From IMG/VR virus record IMGVR_UViG_3300025646_008465, positions 12,265 to 76,264 of that record: a DNA stretch of 64,000 nt; one strand, given 5' to 3'. The stretch comes from a virus. Each line of letters starts with the position of its first letter. The first letter of the stretch is position 1. The notes below the pieces were generated by a model, which was not told the DNA's origin, ran no database searches, and saw only the letters and a program-made list of their open reading frames with translations. A program made the translations under genes and the position numbers. Positions 59,103 to 64,000 of the stretch are shown one piece after another.

Positions 59103-60254
59103 TTATCCTACGTAAATTGTAAATGGTACCTGATTTAATTCCTTTGCTCTAAAATCTGTTTCCATAGAACGAGACTCTAATAATGATTTACGAGAAGTTT
59201 CGTCAAAATAGGCTCTTAATCTTTCAATTAAAGCATTTTTTTCAGATGTTGCAGCTGAAATTAAATCACTTTGGTTTAAAGTTACCTCAGCACCGGGAAT
59301 AGGTACATTAGAGTATTTACCTCTCACATATCCTAACATTTCTTTAGCTAAAGCTAATGTGTATTCAAAAATCCAACTTCTTCCCACTGAATTAATTTGG
59401 CTATAATTAGGATTAGTATAAGGAACATTACTTACATTACTAATAGCTCCATCACTAGATCCAATAGCAGCATCTGCTCTTTCTTCTTTAATAAGATATT
59501 GAATTTTTAATTGTAAATCATTGTGATCCGGGATAGGGAATACTTTAAGTTGATTATTGTGAATTTCAAATGAATAATTAGATTTTCTAATTTGGTCATT
59601 AAATTCAATCGCTTGCATCTTTTGAATATCAAAGTTGATAGGCATCATCATAAAGTTGATACCAGGAGAATAATTACCAAATCCAAAAGATTCTAATAAA
59701 CCTGCTAAGTCAGTACCGGTACCCGCATAAGGATCAAAATATCTTACAATCGCAGGGGGTGCTTCATAAAACACTCTTTTAATTTCAATACTACCTGTAA
59801 TACCTTCATCGGTGGCCCAAGCATCTAAATCATAATCTTGTTGGCTAGCGGATAAAGGAATTAAACCGTCATACCAGTTTACATTACCACCTGAACCTGC
59901 TTCAACTCCATATTGTTCAGAAAGGGCAATAATACGAGCCATTGTGGGAGTAATTACTTTTGTATTTAAATCTTGAGCAGATCCTGTTTGAATTCCTTCT
60001 AATGAAAGATAATTTTCTCTAATTTTATAGGCATAAAGTTCATTCCCGTATGTTGTTATAGCTTCTTCGAACGCTGTAAAGAATGATCCTGATTGTAGTT
60101 CAATGTCTACAATAGGATATCCTAAGCGACTTGCACAGAATTTAGCAACTTTTACAGCATCTGCTTGGAATTCTGCATCTGAACTGTAGAAACCAAATGG
60201 AACTGCTGCTGAGTTCCAAACAGGGGCGCCATCGTATATAGGAATATTAGCCAT
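59103..60254 (-). CDS. neck protein (T4 gp13-like)
   Basis: RLGYPIVDIEL, WIFEYTLALAKEMLG.VRGKY, VTLN; late motif at 60271-60278. Confidence 0.8.
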   Translation of the reverse strand: MANIPIYDGAPVWNSAAVPFGFYSSDAEFQADAVKVAKFCASRLGYPIVDIELQSGSFFTAFEEAITTYGNELYAYKIRENYLSLEGIQTGSAQDLNTKVITPTMARIIALSEQYGVEAGSGGNVNWYDGLIPLSASQQDYDLDAWATDEGITGSIEIKRVFYEAPPAIVRYFDPYAGTGTDLAGLLESFGFGNYSPGINFMMMPINFDIQKMQAIEFNDQIRKSNYSFEIHNNQLKVFPIPDHNDLQLKIQYLIKEERADAAIGSSDGAISNVSNVPYTNPNYSQINSVGRSWIFEYTLALAKEMLGYVRGKYSNVPIPGAEVTLNQSDLISAATSEKNALIERLRAYFDETSRKSLLESRSMETDFRAKELNQVPFTIYVG

Positions 60255-60280
60255 GAAATTTCATTTTGGTTATAAATATT

Positions 60281-60311
60281 AAAAAAGAGGGCTCCAATTA
60301 ATGGAACCCTC
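60281..60311 (-). terminator. intrinsic terminator after phoH
   Basis: GAGGGTTCCA/TGGAGCCCTC stem plus U6. Confidence 0.75.
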
Positions 60312-60331
60312 AAAATAAACATGTATTTTTA

Positions 60332-61066
60332 TTAATTTCTAGATCTACCTGAGGTACCTGATGAACCTGTTATAATTCCTCTTTCGGTAGCTTCTTCATA
60401 AATCTCTAGAAGATCGTCTACAATAGGATCTCTATGATTTTCTTTAAGAGTAATACCTACCATATTTTTTACTCGTTTAGCAGCAGTATACAAAAATCTA
60501 AACCCTGATTCGCGTTTTGATTTTAAGTCTACCTGGTAGTCATCTCCACAAATAATCATTTTGGAGCGTAAACCGATACGAGTAGCAATCATTTCCATTT
60601 GCTCGTGAGTAACGTTTTGTGCTTCGTCAACAATAATACATGAATCTAAGAATGTTCTACCTCGCATAAATGCTAAAGGTACAATTTCAATTTTACCATC
60701 ATTAATTAATGCTTCTACTTTTTCTTTATCGTATAAAGCATACATGTTTTGGTAAATTGGTTGAATCCAAGGATCCATTTTTTCTCTTAAATCACCAGGT
60801 AAAAAACCTATTTCTTCTTTTGAAACTGTTGGTCGAGTAATGATAATTTTTTCAAAATGTCTTCTCAATAAACCATCTAATGCAATCTGACAAGCAAGTA
60901 ATGTTTTACCTGAACCTGCTCTACCAGCTAAAATTGTTAAAGTATTTTTTAATATTTCGTCTTTAGCGTTTTTCTGTTCTTCGTTTAAAGGAATTTTAAA
61001 TTTAATAGGGTTTTTCACTATTCTTTTTTCTCTAAATACCTCATCGGTATGATGATTTGATGCCAT
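60332..61066 (-). CDS. phoH: PhoH-family ATPase
   Basis: GRAGSGKT, ITRP, GFLPGD, FMRGRTF, DEAQN, GD..Q.D, HRDP. Confidence 0.95.
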   Translation of the reverse strand: MASNHHTDEVFREKRIVKNPIKFKIPLNEEQKNAKDEILKNTLTILAGRAGSGKTLLACQIALDGLLRRHFEKIIITRPTVSKEEIGFLPGDLREKMDPWIQPIYQNMYALYDKEKVEALINDGKIEIVPLAFMRGRTFLDSCIIVDEAQNVTHEQMEMIATRIGLRSKMIICGDDYQVDLKSKRESGFRFLYTAAKRVKNMVGITLKENHRDPIVDDLLEIYEEATERGIITGSSGTSGRSRN

Positions 61067-61781
61067 TGTCTTGATAGTTGATTTTTACTAGTTTATCGAG
61101 ACCTGCGTTAACATGCATAGTATCATCTAACACAAGTTCGAAGTTAAATCTGTCGTCCAGAGGTAGAACTAAATCTACTTGGGAACCCCATCGTATCAAG
61201 CTAAATCTTTCGTTTTGGGCGCAAAGATCCCCTTGATGTTTGAAGGGGGCAATTACGTTTACGTCCTCATCGGCAATTTGAATTAAGTAGTATGTGTAAT
61301 CTAGAGAAGGAACATACACTTTGTTAAACATTCGTTCATTGTACTTTAAGTACTCCATGTTGTTAGGATTGATTACCTTATTTAAGATATCCTTCTCAAC
61401 CGCTAACATGGGTTTATTTGTCGATTCAATAGGTTCTAAGTGTTCGTATGTGAGTACGCCACCATAGGGAATCCTGTTGATATGGACGTCATAAAACGAC
61501 ATAAAAATGCCAATTACTAGCGATGGTTGGTTATACTCATCATCACCCATAACATCTTGTAAGGTATAATTTATCCCTTTAATTTCCACAACCGCTTCAG
61601 TAGGTTGTACAACTTTTTGATATATAATCGTTCCGTCAGCTGGGCTATAGAAGTGTTCCCAATCAATATAATTTGGACGGAGTGGATCTCTAAAAAAGAA
61701 AGTGTTGCTGAGATCACCAACGGGGAGTTTTTGTAATTCTTTTACTTCACCGCCTAACCATTCTTTTAATGTCTGTGCCAT
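61041..61781 (-). CDS. phosphatidylserine decarboxylase-family pyruvoyl enzyme, no TM anchor
   Basis: FFRDP, SPADG, IFMS..DVHINR.P, WGSQVD self-cleavage site. Confidence 0.85.
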   Translation of the reverse strand: MAQTLKEWLGGEVKELQKLPVGDLSNTFFFRDPLRPNYIDWEHFYSPADGTIIYQKVVQPTEAVVEIKGINYTLQDVMGDDEYNQPSLVIGIFMSFYDVHINRIPYGGVLTYEHLEPIESTNKPMLAVEKDILNKVINPNNMEYLKYNERMFNKVYVPSLDYTYYLIQIADEDVNVIAPFKHQGDLCAQNERFSLIRWGSQVDLVLPLDDRFNFELVLDDTMHVNAGLDKLVKINYQDNGIKSSYR

Positions 61782-62695
61782 TATAATAAAGTTTTACTGT
61801 GATCTACTCTATTTAAATGCATTACCATGCAAGATAACATAGCACCTGATTTCATGTATTCTGATAGATTGAAGATTACAGGTTCCATACCTGCATCAGA
61901 ACAAATTTTCTCTAATGATTCAATTTTGTGTTTCTCACCCTCGTAATATTCGTGAGATTTTTTAAGTTCTGAAATGTTAGAGGCACATAGAATCATATTA
62001 CCCATCCTAACTGAATTGGTCATTCCACCTAAAGCGTCTTCTACATTAACATCAATAATTTCAGTGTGTTGTTCTATAGCGCGTAACTCTTCTTGATCGA
62101 ATAACTCCGTGCAAACCAACGTTTGGTCGTTATTTAACGCAAAAATACTGCAATCTAAATGGTAAAGGTATTCATCGGTCATTGCAACTTTGATAATATT
62201 CATATCAAAATTTTCTTCCATCCACTCGTAAGTTTTGATGTTAGAACGAATACCATAACCCCCGATATAAACATTATCGTAAAGGTATTTAATGTCGGCT
62301 TCACCCTCCCACTTGTAAGGAGAAATATGAGTTTTATAACCCATTTGATTAAAAAACTTTTGACCAACTAATTCTTCACCTTTTCTAGGGTCTGAAGTAA
62401 AATTAGATAATAAAATATGGTTTTCGTCTTTAATATGAGGCAATTGTAAACCTAAATTAGCTACATAAACCTGATCTTGAAAATTGCCTTCAGCAGGCAA
62501 CAAATATACTAAAGATTGACCAGCCATAAAGTTATACAAGTCCATAAATTGCTTGTATGCTTTAGGTCTGTTAATTTGGAGTTCTTCATCGCTTAATTCC
62601 TGCATCCAGATATTATTTGGATCTGAGGTGGATAGCGAAAACGGAAAATTCATTACATAACTTTGTAAGTGTAACTGAGATGGAGTTTCTTTCAT
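61781..62695 (-). CDS. pentein-family amidinotransferase / dimethylarginine-hydrolase-like enzyme
   Basis: NIWM, DQVYVAN, R.GE, EGEAD, YHLDC, KSGAMLSCM; late-like motif TATGTATA at 62723-62730. Confidence 0.85.
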   Translation of the reverse strand: MKETPSQLHLQSYVMNFPFSLSTSDPNNIWMQELSDEELQINRPKAYKQFMDLYNFMAGQSLVYLLPAEGNFQDQVYVANLGLQLPHIKDENHILLSNFTSDPRKGEELVGQKFFNQMGYKTHISPYKWEGEADIKYLYDNVYIGGYGIRSNIKTYEWMEENFDMNIIKVAMTDEYLYHLDCSIFALNNDQTLVCTELFDQEELRAIEQHTEIIDVNVEDALGGMTNSVRMGNMILCASNISELKKSHEYYEGEKHKIESLEKICSDAGMEPVIFNLSEYMKSGAMLSCMVMHLNRVDHSKTLL

Positions 62696-62757
62696 TTGTA
62701 TAACGTTTAATTTAATTACACGTATACATATACTAGATACCTAGGTAAGTAATAGAA

Positions 62758-63405
62758 CTAGTAAGTTTTTAGTAAAGTAAATAACTTAGAATAAATAGAA
62801 CTTAAATCACTTGGACCACTACCCCATTCTGCTTCAACTGTTAAAGTATTATCTATTGTAGTATCAAAAGTTGTATTATTAACATCACTAAAAATTTCAG
62901 TTACAACATCGCCTGATGAATCTGTTCTAAATTGTATTGTACCTGCTGTTGCAATTTCAGCGGTTCCAGTCCCACCAACTTCTCTAATAGAGAAATCAAT
63001 ATCCATTCTCCATCTTTTATTGCTAGTAATCCCAGGCATAGATATTATTCCAGTATCTGCTAAAACTACACTATCAGTCTTAATTGTAATTTGGAGTGTT
63101 TTATTATTTTCAGCATTTACTACTCCTGAAAAAGTAGCTTGGTATGCATCTCCTTTTGTAAACCCGTTTGCAGGTACGGATAATGTTCCAACCCCTCCTC
63201 CAATTAAACTACCTGAAACATGGGTGCTACCTGATACAGGTGATGATGAGCCTGTTTGATTGAATAACCCATAATTGGAAGTGGTACTAGTGTTAATTGC
63301 GTTTAAGGTAGTGTATTTGGTTACACCATCCTGCACAATAGCAAATAATTCGGTTCCATCTAAAGTTGAACCTGCTGGTAATCCTGATATAGGTAAATTA
63401 GGCAT
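62758..63405 (-). CDS. putative virion fibre/decoration protein
   Basis: N-terminal PISGLP...FAIVQDGVTK motif typical of fibre proteins; Thr/Ser-rich beta domain; follows the capsid gene. Confidence 0.6.
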   Translation of the reverse strand: MPNLPISGLPAGSTLDGTELFAIVQDGVTKYTTLNAINTSTTSNYGLFNQTGSSSPVSGSTHVSGSLIGGGVGTLSVPANGFTKGDAYQATFSGVVNAENNKTLQITIKTDSVVLADTGIISMPGITSNKRWRMDIDFSIREVGGTGTAEIATAGTIQFRTDSSGDVVTEIFSDVNNTTFDTTIDNTLTVEAEWGSGPSDLSSIYSKLFTLLKTY

Positions 63406-63406
63406 A

Positions 63407-63670
63407 TTATGTGATTAAAATTTTACTTCCGTCTTCTTGTTCTAAATCGAATAAATCTTCTTGTAATAGCACACCTATAACTTGAAGTTTAGGTGGTAAA
63501 GGTCCTTTCTTATGTCCTTCAAGCCAAGCTAAATAAGCATTTCTTTGGTAAGTCCACTCGTCTATATAAAGATTATATTTTCTTTTTTGTTCATGAAGTG
63601 GTAGTCCTTGAACTTCCTTTAATTTAGAAAATTCTAACCAATTCATAAAGTAAAAAACATTATTCTTCAT
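63407..63670 (-). CDS. hypothetical structural-region protein
   Basis: Ends LLQEDLFDLEQEDGSKILI; start uncertain; late-like motif at 63676-63683. Confidence 0.6.
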   Translation of the reverse strand: MKNNVFYFMNWLEFSKLKEVQGLPLHEQKRKYNLYIDEWTYQRNAYLAWLEGHKKGPLPPKLQVIGVLLQEDLFDLEQEDGSKILIT

Positions 63671-63684
63671 ATGGTTATACATAT

Positions 63685-63712
63685 AAAAAAGAGCCCCGCT
63701 TTCGCGGGGCTC
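63685..63712 (-). terminator. intrinsic terminator after the major capsid gene
   Basis: GAGCCCCGC-GAAA-GCGGGGCTC plus U6. Confidence 0.9.
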
Positions 63713-63740
63713 AAATTTTAGTCTAAATTCTTAGTTCAGA

Positions 63741-64000
63741 TTAAAGAGTGTTCAAACCAGCAACTTTAACTGCACCGTAGAATTCAGGACGGATCATCTT
63801 CTTAGCGTAACGAGTCAAGAGACCTTTACGTGGAGTAAATGTATCAGGATCGTACACAAGAGGAGTCATGATTAACGGAATGTATGGGCTAAATACAGCA
63901 CCAGTTTCCAAGAATTGTGAACCTCTGTAACCCATCAAGATTACGTTTTCAGTCATGTAAGGGTTCTTGTAAACGTCGTACTGAGAATTGATAGCACCTA
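63741..64000 (-). CDS. major capsid protein (T4 gp23-like), C-terminal part; 5' end outside the window
   Basis: VYKNPY..ILMGYRG..GAVFSPYIPL..DPDTFTPRKGLLTRYA. Confidence 0.9.
   Translation of the reverse strand, partial: GAINSQYDVYKNPYMTENVILMGYRGSQFLETGAVFSPYIPLIMTPLVYDPDTFTPRKGLLTRYAKKMIRPEFYGAVKVAGLNTL

Noticed and set aside
61781-62695. Archaeosine synthase converting preQ0 to G+
   Set aside because: Known G+ enzymes are ArcS, QueF-like or GAT-QueC, not penteins, and this gene is about 58 kb from the que cluster; no positive evidence
1-64000. tRNA, rRNA, integrase or transposase
   Set aside because: None recognised; intergenic gaps are short and explained by promoters and terminators, though no covariance search was run

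Overview
64 kb of an AT-rich, large contractile-tailed (T4-like myovirus architecture) bacteriophage genome, almost entirely coded on the minus strand. The host is most likely a Bacteroidetes, because host-type promoters read YTTG-N20-TATATTTA and the genes lack Shine-Dalgarno sites. From left to right the window holds: a 7-deazaguanine cluster (queE, queD, queC, TGT/DpdA-like) with thyX; small accessory genes; a lysis operon (holin candidates, amidase) that runs directly into a PAS histidine kinase, a stand-alone receiver and membrane coiled-coil proteins; nrdAB, helicase, 5'-3' exonuclease, RecA/UvsX, SSB and a minimal PolA; baseplate, tape measure, tail chaperone, tube and sheath genes; a four-gene glycosylation cassette including a TibC/Aah-like protein O-glycosyltransferase; two giant (Gly-Thr/Ser-Ser)n fibre genes of 1467 and 3709 aa; neck genes; an amidinotransferase/PSD-type decarboxylase/phoH operon; and the 3' end of the major capsid gene. 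The two strongest candidates for undescribed systems are (1) a phage-encoded glycosylated Ser/Thr-rich virion filament system and (2) a two-component sensor co-transcribed with the lysis genes. All functional calls come from motif recognition by eye; no database searches were run.
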